DNA of 63,977 nt, the filler included, from Octopus bimaculoides (taxonomy: Eukaryota), in the NCBI RefSeq assembly GCF_001194135.2. It is 5 parts of 5 records of this genome, joined end to end, with 100 filler letters (N's around TTAATTAATTAA, not from the genome) between each part and the next. Parts side by side here need not be neighbours in the genome. Positions count along the whole stretch, not along the records: positions 1 to 5,821 come from NC_068982.1; positions 5,922 to 25,374 come from NC_069004.1; 3 more parts are not named here. One strand, 5' to 3'. Position numbers and translations under genes: made by a program. Positions within the stretch are counted from its first letter, which is position 1. Each line of letters opens with the position of its first letter. Positions 1 to 12,496 of this stretch are shown one piece after another. The notes beneath the pieces were generated by a model, which was not told the DNA's origin, searched no databases, and worked only from the letters and a program-made list of their open reading frames with translations.

Positions 1-55
<55 letters not shown>

Positions 56-58
<3 letters not shown>

Positions 59-223
59 CATATATACAACGGGCTTCTTTCAGTTTCCGTCTACCAAATC
101 CACTCACAAGGCTTCGGTCGGCCGAGGCTATAGTAGAAGACACTTGCCCAAGGTGACACGTAGTGGGCCTGAACCAGGAACCATGTGGTGCATAAGCAAG
201 CTACTTACCACACAGCCACTCCT
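56..223 (-). mobile_element. tRNA-derived SINE family A, 5' half
   Basis: Reverse complement of ggagtggctgtgtggtaagtagcttgc...gacggaaactgaaagaagcccg, which recurs many times in the window. Confidence 0.8.
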
Positions 224-230
224 ACGCCTA

Positions 231-273
<43 letters not shown>

Positions 274-377
274 TATTCCCACTGTTACTATGGTTGGAAT
301 AAAAATTTCTATCTAGGGACGTTATATAATGATGTAAGTTGATGTAAATATAATTTCATCTATCAACTCACATTGAA

Positions 378-545
378 GTGGAGGCACATGGCCTAGTGGT
401 TAGAGCAGCAGAATCGCAGTCGAAGGATCGCAAATTCGAATCTCAGACTGGGTGATGTGTGTGTTTATGAGCAATACACCTAAGCTCCACACAGTTCTGG
501 CAGAAGATAATGATGAACTTCTGCAACAATCATCGTTGTGGCAAG
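378..545 (+). mobile_element. tRNA-derived SINE family C, 5' part
   Basis: gtggaggcacatggcctagtggttagagc head with A/B-box-like motifs; matches 45708 copy. Confidence 0.7.
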
Positions 546-1290
546 CAAGACCAGAAGTCATCATTGTAGTAGTAATGGTATTGGTCATGGTACCTACCTA
601 ATGAAGAAGGTGCTTGAGTGGGAGGTACTGAATGCTCTATGCTAACCTGAAGATTAATAATCAATTGGAGTTGGACCAGTGGATTTTATAAATTACCAAC
701 CACCTCCAGCTTCATCACTGCCACAACTAGCATTATCAGCACTACAATGATGAATGGTACTGATGTCTGTCAGCACCATATTTGCTGCTTCTGTGACTGA
801 TGCCATTACAACAACAATGATGATTGCTGCTTTTGCTAGCCACCACCTTATCATTGACTACTACCAGGACATGTACCACCATTGCCAACATCACCAATGT
901 AGAAAGTCGGCTTCACCACCACTGCTGCCAACCTATAGCAACATAGCAGGATTAATAACCAATTGTTAGAACTCTCTGTATTTTTAGAGCTTGGGATCTA
1001 CAAGCTCATGCTGCAAAGCAATGTGGATTAACAGATATCCCCAACATCCAGACTCCCACATAAGTAGCACACACAAATACATACATTCACACACACTCAT
1101 TTGAATACCAGTATTGTATGTTGATATATATGACACATGTTAAAGATCTGTAATCTGCATTGTCTATGTTGTCCAAAATTTTCAGTCAATCTATCTTATT
1201 GGAGTAACACCCTAATTAGCTGCTTTTAGATTTTGAACATTCTAATTGCTTAGATAATCTTAGTTGATCAATGTTTTTCACATCATTATA

Positions 1291-2598
1291 CAAGGGGAAG
1301 TCAAAAATTATTTGCACTTTTACCATAACACATCTTTATTATTATCACACTGCCTTCTGCGCATGAGGGCTTATAGTTGTTACTATTGTGGTCAAGTGAT
1401 CAAAGTTTGAGCCTGATTGCACCATTTTTCTTTCTGGCTTTACAGTATAAGCATGGCCACTCCACTAGCAATATGCACCAAAGAAGAACAAAGAACAGTG
1501 ATCCGATTTCTCTGGTCGGAAGGTGTGTCAGGTGCTGAAATTCATTGGAGGCTTTTAGCACAATACAGGGGACAGTACACTACTGTATAGAAGTGTGTAC
1601 GAGTGGATTGAAATGCTTAAAAGTGGCTGGACAAGCATAACACATGAAGAGGAAGCAGGACACCCATCAACCTCCACCACCGATGAGAAGATTCAGCAAG
1701 CTTGAGAGACGGTAATGGTGAACCAGTGAGTTATCATCAATGACGTAGCTCATTCTTGGCAGGCTAGTCATGGTTTTCTGCTTATCAAATCATCCATAAT
1801 GAGCTTGGCTTCCATAAAGTCTGTGCAAGATGGGTGCCAAGAGAGCTAACCGCAGAGCACAAGCGCAAACGTCTTGAGGTCTGGCAATGTTTATTCAATC
1901 ACTACAACATTGAGGATGAGGAAATTTTGAGCAGAATAGTCATAAGAGATGAACCATGAGTCCATCATTATGAGGCATAATACAAAAGACAGAGTATGGA
2001 GTGGAAACATCCTGGCTCGCAAGCAACAAAGAAATTCAAGACTCAGTCTTCCATGGGAAAGGTGATGTTAACCCTTTTTTGGGACTCAAAAGTGCTTATA
2101 TTGACAGACTACCTAGAAAAGGGGTGTACACTCAACAGTGCAAGGTACAGTGCTTTGCTGGCCAACAAACTGAAGCTAGCATTTTGCACCAAATGCTAAA
2201 GCTTATTGTGGAAGAAAATTTGGTTGTTGCATGACAATGCACACCCACACATGGCTGCCCAGACTGTTGAAACCATTAACCAATTGGGTTTTGAGGTGCA
2301 GAAACACCCTGCCTACAGTCCAGATCTCGCCCCTTCCAAATATATTTTTGGACCACTCAAAGATGGTTTATGAGGTCGTCAATTTCCTACAGATGATGTG
2401 AAGGAAGTGGTACATAAATGGTTGCACAACCAACTGAAAACTTTCTTCTTAGAGGGAATACACAAGCTTGTGGACCGCTGGACCAAGTGCACTGAAAAGG
2501 AACGAGACTATATAGAAAGACAATGTATTTGTTTATCCCCTGCTTTTGTATAAATACATTGAAAAAAACAAGTGTGTACAATTTTTGATTCTCCTTTG
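1291..2598 (+). mobile_element. Full-length decayed mariner (D,D34D-type) DNA transposon
   Basis: About 1.3 kb. Imperfect TIRs (caaggggaagtcaaaaatt / atttttgattctcctttg) flanked by TA on both sides. Transposase relic from ~1453 with WVPRELT, LHDNA and YSPDLAPS motifs, interrupted by stops and frameshifts. Confidence 0.9.
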
Positions 2599-3316
2599 TA
2601 TTAGGTATGGGAGTACCTCCTATTATGTAAGTGAATATTAGTATTCAGTATGCAGAATGCTCCACTGAGATATATTTCTTTCGGTCATATCATTAGTCGT
2701 GTGTATATGGGTCTACAGTTGCTTTTATTTGTTCAGTTTAATCAATATACAATACAACTGTACCTAGAAGCTTTGTGCTTCCAATAATGACTTTTAACTG
2801 GCAAACTGATAAAAACAGAGGTAAAATATAAGGACAAGATTGCTTTCCAAGACCTACCTCATGTCAGTGCCAGCTGACATAAAGCAGGTCTTAAGAATGA
2901 TTTGTTATTACAAGTTCATTACAGACATACAGATAAATATATGTGCAAAAGAAAAATTCTAAATAACTACCTCTACTAATTCAAGAGGGATAGGGATCAT
3001 AAATCATCGATTAAAGGACAATTTATATTAAATGTGGTTTCAAAAGTTCCAGATGAATAAAGAAGCCAGGGGGACATAAATAATGGAAAGTTTCATTTTA
3101 AAACATCTTTCCTTCTAAATAAATGTTTTAAAATACTTTTGAACAGCTGAAGTAATTTCCAGAAGGAAAATAAATAAATACATCTAATGCATAGCACCAT
3201 CATCATCATCCATATTCAACATACGTGTAACATAAAGATAGCCGAATTACGGCCCTTTGCTGGAAAACGCCAACAGGTGATGTGGCAGCCAACTCCTATA
3301 TATTCCAAGGATTTTT

Positions 3317-3354
<38 letters not shown>

Positions 3355-4043
3355 AGATACCAAGAAACACAAATCTCTCTTCTGCCTAAGGCACACACAC
3401 ATGCAGTTACTGTCGTTATAACGTCTGCCTCGGCCGACTTCTTATCACCGTAGCTACAATGACACCTGCTTAATAGATTTCAGACCATTGTCATTCTCCT
3501 GCTTCATCATGGCGACTTGTTCAGCAACTAATTCTATTGCCACAGCCTACAAGGAAATTAAATGTCATGTTACCAACTTCACTGGCACCTGCTATAATTT
3601 GTTACAGTAAGTCCAAGCCATGAACTGAATATATTTTCTGAATAAACCTCACACACGACACTACTCATATTTCTGTTACCATCACAATTTTGTCTCGCAG
3701 CTAATTAGCTCTTATTTGTCATTCAACAGGATCCAAGACACGTGGATATCTGATTTCTTACATCATGTAAAAGCTGTGTTTGTACCATCTATCCTAAATA
3801 AATTTTATTCGCTAGGCCTCTGCAAAAATCCAAGGCCTCTGCCAGGGATGTAGCCAGCCCACTTATGCATAATATTCCTTCATTGGACACTAAACTCCAC
3901 TTGTGAAGACCTGTTGAGGCAAGTGAAATCGAAATCGAACTAAATTTGACAACTGGCACCCATGCCAAAGTCTCTTTCATTGAACACTAAACTCAGCTTG
4001 CGAAGACCTGTTGGGGGCAAGCAAAAGCGAAATCGTGATGGCA

Positions 4044-4725
4044 CTAGTACCAGTGGAACACTAAGAGCACCGTCTGAGCGTGATCGTTGCCAGAGCAGCT
4101 GTCTGGCTTCTGTGCCAGTGGCACGTAAATAGCACCATTTGAGCATGATCATTACCAACGTCGCCTTCCTGGCACTTGTGCCAGTGGCACATGAAAAGAC
4201 ATTCGAGCAAGATCGTTGCCAGTGCCGCTGGACTGACTCCTGTGCAGGTGGCACGTAAAATACTCCATTTCGAGCGTGGCCATTGCCAGTACCGCCTGAC
4301 TGGCCTTCGTGCTGGTGGCACGTAAAAGCACCCACTACACTCTCGGAGTGGTTGGCGTTAGGAAGGGCATCCAGCTGTAGAANNNNNNNNNNCCTTCCTG
4401 GCACTTGTGCCAGTGGCACATGAAAAGACATTCGAGCAAGATCGTTGCCAGTGCCGCTGGACTGACTCCTGTGCAGGTGGCACGTAAAATACTCCATTTC
4501 GAGCGTGGCCATTGCCAGTACCGCCTGACTGGCCTTCGTGCTGGTGGCACGTAAAAGCACCCACTACACTCTCGGAGTGGTTGGCGTTAGGAAGGGCATC
4601 CAGCTGTAGAAACTCTGCCAAATCAGATTGGAGCCTGGTGTAGCCACCTGGTTCACTAGTCCTCAGTCAAATCGTCCAACCCATGCTAGCATGGAAAGCG
4701 GACGTTAAATGATGATGATGATGGT
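4044..4725 (+). mobile_element. Non-coding retroposon family D with internal gtggcacgtaaaagcacc subrepeats and a ggacgttaaat(gat)n tail (RTE-tail type)
   Basis: Same motifs (ctacagctggatgcccttcctaacgccaacc; catcatcatcgtttaacgtcc) recur near 6780, 9140, 11615, 12775, 16090, 16560, 21700 and 44330. 4164-4382 is duplicated by assembly. Confidence 0.7.
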
Positions 4726-5342
4726 AAACAGTCTTCATCTCCATATATACACCTGACACATACGTTTTCCATGCTGGCATAGACTGCATGGCTTGACAGG
4801 AACTGGCAAGGCCTGGGGGCCACACCAGGTTCCATGGTCTGTTTTGGCTTGGTCGGAACCTGGTGCAGATCTTGGCCTTGCATAGGTAACATAATAACAA
4901 AGAATAAAATATAATGTAATTTCAAAATATCAAATTAATTAATGTAAATCAACTTACTTTTCAGAACAGTTGTGTATATTTGTTAAACAAACTATGTAGG
5001 AAAAACTTTTGCGTCTTTCCCAGGTAACTGTAATATTTCTTTCCTTAGTTCCCACAATAACATTAGAAGCAGGTTTAGGATCTGGAAATAAACAGAAGTT
5101 TGTATAATTACTTTAATATTATAAGAATGCTCAGGGAAATTTTAATAAAGTAATGTAAAATTATATGATGTTTTATAGCATTAAAATGACAACTTAATGA
5201 GACAGATATAATTCTTTCAGTAGTTCACATTATAGCTTGAGATAAAACTGCATGCTTCCCAGTAAAAATGTAAAATCCAAAAATGAAATGCAAGATATTT
5301 AGTGAAGTGTCCACAATTAGCTTAATTCAATTGTATAATAGA

Positions 5343-5431
5343 CTAGCAGAAATACCCGGCATTGCCCGGGTTAAAGAGAATAATGAAATCTAAAAACACC
5401 GTCTAGACTACGCATCATCTTTATATATAGA
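5343..5431 (-). mobile_element. 89-bp mini-Helitron (TC...hairpin...CTAG, A|T target)
   Basis: Minus strand reads a|tctatatataaagatg...cccgggcaatgccggg-tatttctg-ctag|t. Confidence 0.7.
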
Positions 5432-5552
5432 TATGTACATACACACACACACCCAAACACACGTATATATATGTATATCAATATAAATATATGAAAGTCA
5501 ATGAAGCTTCGTAAAAGAAGGTGATCATGTACATACTTTCTTGCTGTTGTGA

Positions 5553-5821
5553 TTATAACACCTCGTTGTAAACTATGTTCCTTGTTTTCCCTTGTGGAGC
5601 ATATACAAATAGGTTTTTTTTGCTGCCCACTCTTGAGCAGCCAACATACAGTTGTCCATGTGAGAAGCAGGGCTCTTCCAAGAGAAGACCAGCTACAGAC
5701 AGTGTTTGATCCTGAGATTTGTTTATGGACATGGCAAAAGTCACACGAAGGGGGAATTGTAGTCTTCTGAATGTAAAAGGAATGTCTGCTCCTGATGGAG
5801 TAAGAAGAATTCTTGGAATAA
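5553..5821 (-). mobile_element. Helitron Rep/Hel C-terminal PIF1-like helicase fragment
   Basis: FAMSINKSQDQTL...PCFSHGQLYVGCSRV...KTRNIVYNEVL*, the typical Helitron helicase end; cut by the scaffold spacer. Confidence 0.88.
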
Positions 5822-5921
5822 NNNNNNNNNNNNNNNNNNNNNNNNNNNNNNNNNNNNNNNNNNNNTTAATTAATTAANNNNNNNNNNNNNNNNNNNNNNN
5901 NNNNNNNNNNNNNNNNNNNNN
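5822..5921. other. Artificial scaffold spacer N44-TTAATTAATTAA-N44
   Basis: Identical 100-nt construct at four places; the 12-mer puts stops in all six frames. Confidence 0.9.
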
Positions 5922-6779
5922 CTCTACAACAGTGTGTCTTCCGTTTTCATTAAAAAAGAAAAATTTGTCTTTGTTGTCTCTCACTTTCCCCCCTCTGTCT
6001 CTCTATTTTTCTTCTCTCTTTCTGTCATTTCCTCATTCATTCCTTCTTCCTCTCTCTCACTCCATCTTCCTCCCTCTCACTCCCCCCTTTCTCTCTCTCT
6101 CCCTCCTTCACTTGCTTAAACTTGTCATCCCCCCAGCCCCATGAACTAAAACCTACCTTTCTCATAATTAAGAATCGCCAATGTTTCACAATTCCCTCTC
6201 TCTCTCTGTCTCTCTTCTCTAATCATAACCAATTTCAATTTATATTATTGCTATTTTAATGTCCCTTTCTGCTTCAGTAATGATACCATTGATGTTGCTT
6301 TGAGGCATAACTTAATATTTCCATATCTAAAGAAATTTTGCATTTTAATCAATTACTAACCACTTCTGAGATAGGTACAAAGCCTCAAATTTGATAGACA
6401 AATGTATTCACTCTCAGACGTGCACACAGACAAAAATACTGAAACACTGTCAAAAAACATGGATAGAATCTGTTTAGTCGTTTCTTGACTATATTACTCA
6501 GTGACACTCAATGCCTGTAGGTTTCCAATTAATTTGGAAAATTCTCTATTATTTGAAGGAATTTATTAAAAAGTTACAGGGATTTAAATAAACCGATACC
6601 GGTTGTCTAACAGTGGGAGACAAACACGATCACAAATATTCACACACACAGGCTGCATACACAACAGGCTTCCACAGTTTCTGTCTACCAGAATTACTCA
6701 CAAGACATTGGTCGACCTAGGGCTGTAGTAAAAAATATTTGTTCAAGGTGCCACTCAGTGGGACTGAATTTGAAATTCA

Positions 6780-7140
6780 TCATCATAATCATCATCGTCG
6801 TCATTGTCGTCATAGTTCAACGTCCGTTTTCCTTGCTGTTTTGGGTTGGACAGTTTCACTGAGATCTGAAGAGCCAGGAGGCTGCACCAGGCTCCAGTCT
6901 GATCTGCCAATATTTCTACAGCTGGATGCCAACCACACCGAGAGTTTAGTGGGTGCTTTTTATGTGCCACTGACACGGGAGCCAGTCAAGGGGTACTGGC
7001 ATTGGCTATGATCAGTTGGTGCTTTTTACAGGAGCCAGTCAGGTGGACCTGGCATTGACCACGTTTGGATAGTGCTTTTTATATGCCACTGGCACGGAAG
7101 CCAGTTGGGGGTCACTGGCCACAGCTACGATATTGGTTTA
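6780..7140 (-). mobile_element. Retroposon family D copy
   Basis: catcatcgtcg...ttcaacgtcc...ctacagctggatgccaacc...tatgtgccactg. Confidence 0.65.
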
Positions 7141-7317
7141 TTCTTATTAAGACAGCATAAAATAGATTTGCTGATGTGCATAAAGCTTAGTTGAACTGGA
7201 ATAGATTTTATTCAAGGCTGCTTTGCGTGACATTATTAATACATGTATGGTATTAATACATGTATGGTAGCTCAGATTTCAGTAGAATGTTTTGTGTGTC
7301 AGTATTAATCCCACAGT

Positions 7318-7554
7318 TAGGGCAGTGAGCTGGCAGAATTGTTAGCACGCCGGGCGAAATGCTTAGCAGTATTTTGTCTGCCATTACGTTCTGAGTTCAA
7401 ATTCCGCCGAGGTCGTCTTTGCCTTTCATCCTTTTGGGGGTCGATAAATTAAGTACCAGTTACGCACTGGGGTCGATGTAATCGATTTAATCTCTTTGTC
7501 TGTCTTTGTTTGTCCCCTCTATGTTTAGACCCTTGTGGGCAATAAAGAAATAAA
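7318..7554 (+). mobile_element. tRNA-derived SINE family B (ggcggcgagctggcagaa head), complete, with TSD
   Basis: 15-bp direct repeat tattaatcccacagt at 7303-7317 and 7555-7569; body ..gcctttcatcctttcggggtcgataaattaagtaccag.. Confidence 0.85.
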
Positions 7555-7835
7555 TATTAATCCCACAGTATTTATGCTGGCCATATCTGGCTCAAATAGT
7601 CTGTTTCTTTTATGTTGGAATCAACCAGATCCTGCTTCTCACACTTACCCTACAATAACAATCACATCATTGAAATATCAAAGCTAAGTAATGATACATG
7701 ATTAATCTAAAACACTATGAACAAATAAACGTTATATTTGACAGAACGCTGTCTAAATGCTAAAGGGTGAAGTTGATTTCATGTGGGTTATTTTTAATTA
7801 TTTTTTAAAAATTTTATTTATCTGTCTGTTTATAG

Positions 7836-8017
7836 GTTGAGCTTGAGGTTACTTTACCAGGCGAGGGAAAAGACAGAATATTTAAAGTTGGAATCAAATG
7901 GGTAGCCCAAGTGAACTTGTTCGCATTAGAAGAGGCTTTAACAGGCCGAACTCAACAAATTCCATTTGATGCTATACAAGCCCTTGATGTTGTCATGCGA
8001 CACAGACCGAGCATGAC
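7836..8017 (+). CDS. AGO2: Argonaute exon (N domain): [22 protein letters not shown]...[12 protein letters not shown]
   Basis: tatag acceptor, gtaagt donor, 182 nt, phase 0 to 2. Confidence 0.93.
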
Positions 8018-8929
8018 GTAAGTTGACCTTTTTACCCTCCTGGGGGTTTTTTATCTGCATCAATGAGTTTTTTTTTTGTTTTGTTTTTTTTTTATGGTAT
8101 TTTATTTGTATTTGCTTTCCAGTGCCCAAAAGTACTTTCTCCAAAACAGGTCGAATGTTGAATCAGTCATGCCAAATTGTAACTGGGCCTAATAGTCTCA
8201 TTCCAACCATACTTTAGCACCTACCTACAGCTCAGTCATCTAAGCTCCTCGTTGGTGCCTACTCGCAGCCAAGTTTACTGAGCTGTTACCTACTTAAAGC
8301 TAGACTATTTAGGCTCTCAACAGTCTTGCTTATGGCCACAGGTCAGTCTAATGACTGAAACAAATAGAAGAATAAAAGAATATATTTTTCTCTCTCCATC
8401 CAGTTACATGTATTTATCTCTTATTTCTTTTTCTATCTCATCATCTCTCTATCTATCCCTATCTAGTTATATATATATTCATGTTTCTTTCTCTTTCCAT
8501 TTATCTATCTCTCTCGAACCAGCTATATATATATATATATGTATATATCTATCTCTCTTTCTCTCTCTTTCTCCAGTTACACACCCGTTGGACGGTCATT
8601 TTTCTCTCAACCCAAAGATTATGAACATCCCTTAGGAGGAGGACGAGAAGTGTGGTTTGGTTTCCATCAAAGTGTGCGGCCGTCCAACTGGAAAATGATG
8701 CTGAATATTGATGGTAAATATTGATATTTGATGTTCAATCTTCCCTCACCTTGTTGATTGATTTCTTGACATTTGGCTCATAATAGTGGTGGTGGTGGTG
8801 GTGGTAATGGTAGGGGTCATGGTAATAGTGGTGATGGTTAGAAGTGGAGTAATAGTAGTAGTGGCAGTGGTGGTGATAATTGAGATAATGTAGTGATGGT
8901 GGTGGTACAGGTGGGAGTGGTGGTGGTGC

Positions 8930-8965
<36 letters not shown>

Positions 8966-10873
8966 AGATTGCTGTTTATATTATAGGTCTGTAGTAGTAA
9001 TAGTAGTAGTCGTGTTTACAATGAGAATATTAGTCCTGTTTGACCCTTGTCCAATCCACACTCCAATCTTTCATAAAGGTGGTACAAAGTGAAAGTACAG
9101 AACCCATTGGTGGTTCTCTCCTGGTACCATGATCTCATTGTCATCGTTTAACGTCCGCTTTCCATGCTGGCATGGGTTCAACAGTTTGACTGCACCAGGC
9201 TCCAATCCGATCTGGCTGCTTCTGTGAGGCCCAAAATTTGAAGGGTACATTTTATGCGTCACCAACATGGGTGCCAGGTATGCAACACTGGCATCAGCCA
9301 CAACTATGATCTCTCTTGGCTTGACAGATCTTCTCAGACACAGTATATAACCAAAGGTCTCAGTCGCTCACCACTGCTTCTGTGAGGCCCAAAATTTGAA
9401 GGGTACGTTTTATGTGTCACCAGCATGGGTGCCAGGTATGCAACACTGGCATCGGCCACAACTATGATTTCACTTGGCTTGACAAGATTTCTCAATCACA
9501 GCATATCGCTCAGTGTATGAAGGGTGTTTTTTTACATGCCATACATTACCTTGTAGCCTCGAGATTTTGATGGAGTAACTGTTAATTTTTAGAATGATGT
9601 CATAGGGTTGGTGTGAGAGGCCAAATCTAGCCAGTTTGAACTTAAAACCAGTAGAATATTTTGGTCTGATATGGCCAGTTTAAATACTGCAACGGTTTAA
9701 GTTGCAACAGTCTAATTTGCCTATCTTTCCTCTTTCAGTATCTGCTACAGCATTCTACAAAGCCCAACCAGTCATTGAGTTTATGTGTGAAGTTCTTGAC
9801 CTGCGTGAGATCGGGGAACAAAAACGACCGCTTACAGACTCACAGAGAGTGAAGTTCACCAAAGAAATAAAGGGTAAGCATCTTCACATGTTTTGCAGGC
9901 TCTACTCTCTTCCTGTGTTTATTTCTCTTTTGACTTGGTTTTAAAATCTACCATTTTTTTTTAGATTTTTTAATTTTGTTTTTCTTGTTGTACTACATTT
10001 TTGACAAACAGAAGCAAACCAAATCAGTTAGTGGATATTTAACCAATTGACTAATAATAAAGAAAAGAAGTGGGATTGAACCAATGTGTGTGTATGAGTT
10101 AATTATATTGGCATAATGACTCTCCCTAGACAAAACAAAATTTTTTTTGTTTGTTTTAATTTTTTTTTTAATTAAAAATATTTTAAGTCTTTTTTTTTTT
10201 AACTTGTAATTTCTTACCCTTTTTTTCAGGTTTAAAGGTTGAGATAACGCATTGTGGTCAGATGCGTCGTAAATACAGAGTATGCAATGTGACAAGACGC
10301 CCTGCACAGACACAGTCGTAAGTAGTTCAGTTCTTACACATGCATACGCATATCTAGTTTACTTTTCCGTTAACCCTTTAGCATTCAGATTATTCTATCA
10401 AATGTAACACTTATTAATTAATTAAAATTGTTTTGAATTAATCGTGGATTATTTCATAGCTTTAGGATTTTGCCAGTGCCGTCTGACTGGCTCTTGTACC
10501 GGTGGCATGTAAAGAGCACCATTCAAGCATGGTCGATGCCAGTGCTGCCCAACTAGTACCCATGTCAGTCATACATAAAAAGCACCATTCAAGCATGGTC
10601 TCAGGCTGACCAATACCTTGTGAGTGGATTCGGTAGACAGAAACTGAAATAAGGCGGCGAGCTGGCAGAAACATTAGCACGCTGGGCGAAATGCTTAGCG
10701 GTTCTGAGTTCAAATTCCGCCGAGGTCGACTTTGCCTTTCATCCTTTCAGGGTCGATAAATTAAGTATCAGTGAAACACTGGGGTCGATGTAATCAACTC
10801 ATCCCCACCCCTACCCAAAAAATGGTTACCATTGTGACAAAATTTGAAACTATTATTATTATTATTAATTTTA

Positions 10874-10924
<51 letters not shown>

Positions 10925-11851
10925 GGCAGAATTGTTAGAGTATTGAGAAAAATTTGCTTAGTAGCATTTCTTCCTGATTTATTGTCCCAAGTTCAGATGC
11001 TGATAAAGTCAACTTCGCCTTTCAACTTTTTTAGGATCAATAGACTAGGTACCAGTTGTATACTGAGGGCTGATGCAAATAACTTCCCTCTCCCCTCAAA
11101 TTGCTGGCCTTGTGCCAAAAATTAGAAACAGTTATCGTCGTTGTCGTTGTTGTTGTTTCAATTGTGGTATCGTTATATTTAATGTTGCAGGTTTCCTTTG
11201 CAATTAGAGAATGGTCAAACAGTTGAATGCACCGTATCAAGGTATTTCTATGATAGATACAAGATGAAATTGCAGTGAGTATATTTACCTTTTTAAATGC
11301 ATGAGTGTATATATCTCTGTGTATGTCTGCGTATGTGTTTGTGTGATCCCATGTATGTGTATATATACATACATATATATATATTTATATATATATGTTT
11401 TATATTACCATATGTATATCTATACACATTTGTGTATGTATATATGCATTTGTGTGAGTGTTTAATATGGTAGCTCATTATCGTAAAGGTTTTAAACTAT
11501 ATCTTCATTTTATTTGTCTCTTCAGGTATCCCCATTTACCATGTCTTCAAGTTGGTCAAGAACAAAAACATACTTATCTCCCCTTAGAAGTAAGTACCCT
11601 CCTACTAGTGAGTCTCATCATCATCATCATCATCGTTTAACGTGTTTTCTATGCTGGCATGGGTTGGATGGTTTGACAGGAGCTGGCCAGCCAAGGAGCT
11701 GTCCAGGCTCCAGTTGTCTGCTTTGGCAGGATTTCTATGACCGGAATACCCTTCCTAATGCCAACCACTTTACAGAATGTGCTGGGTGCTTTTGCGTGGC
11801 ACTCGCACGAGTACGTATGTCTAGAGTCTCTCGGTTGCTTCCTTTTCTCTG

Positions 11852-11882
<31 letters not shown>

Positions 11883-12160
11883 ACTTGTCTCCTCTTCTGC
11901 CTCCAGTCATCTACAGCTTCAAGTGATAAGCGTAGAGGATCTTTCATTGTTGTTATTGTTTAAGCCAAGGTCAGACCTCATTGAACAGCTACATGATTAA
12001 AAGCATACCACTCCTGGCCATTTCAAAATACAAATTTTATATATCTTTCTGGCTGCCTCTCATAAAATGAAAGCTTTAAGATTTGTATTAAAATCAGATT
12101 TGATATTTATATTGGATATCTCTTGTACATTCATTACATTCATCTGGGATGTGCCACTGT

Positions 12161-12201
<41 letters not shown>

Positions 12202-12461
12202 AATGCGGAGTAGATGGAACAGGGACAATTGAAGAAGGGAAATATTCTTTATGTTGCATGTCTCGTTTTTCTGTTTGTTTTTTTGCGTTGTTCGAAAAAA
12301 AAGTTCGTTTTCTGTCTTCCTTTTTATGTTTTTGTTTCTCACTGTGTTTAGCGTTTTTTTGTGATGTCCTGTACCCATATATGCATGTATGTATACATAT
12401 AGATGTAGGTATGTACATATATGTATGGATATATGCATATATTTATCTACTATTTATGTTA

Positions 12462-12496
<35 letters not shown>

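Noticed and set aside
4164-4611. Exact 219-bp tandem duplication (4164-4382 and 4393-4611)
   Set aside because: The identical copies flank a 10-N gap, typical of an unmerged contig overlap rather than a biological duplication
3940-4621. 206-aa and related ORFs, and CRISPR-like recurring gtggcacgtaaaagcacc motifs
   Set aside because: These are internal subrepeats of a dispersed retroposon plus the assembly duplication. Spacing is irregular, the repeats are degenerate, there are no cas genes, and the context is eukaryotic.
4965-5023. AG...GT bounded stretch as a candidate upstream AGO exon
   Set aside because: The only open frame (NSCVYLLNKLCRKNFCVFP) has no resemblance to the Argonaute N-terminus
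5866-5877. TTAATTAATTAA motif inside N runs (four times)
   Set aside because: Artificial six-frame-stop linker, not a genomic motif
12270-12470. Similarity between an AGO intron segment and 58140-58330
   Set aside because: A low-complexity dispersed repeat next to gaps; no evidence of a duplicated gene segment
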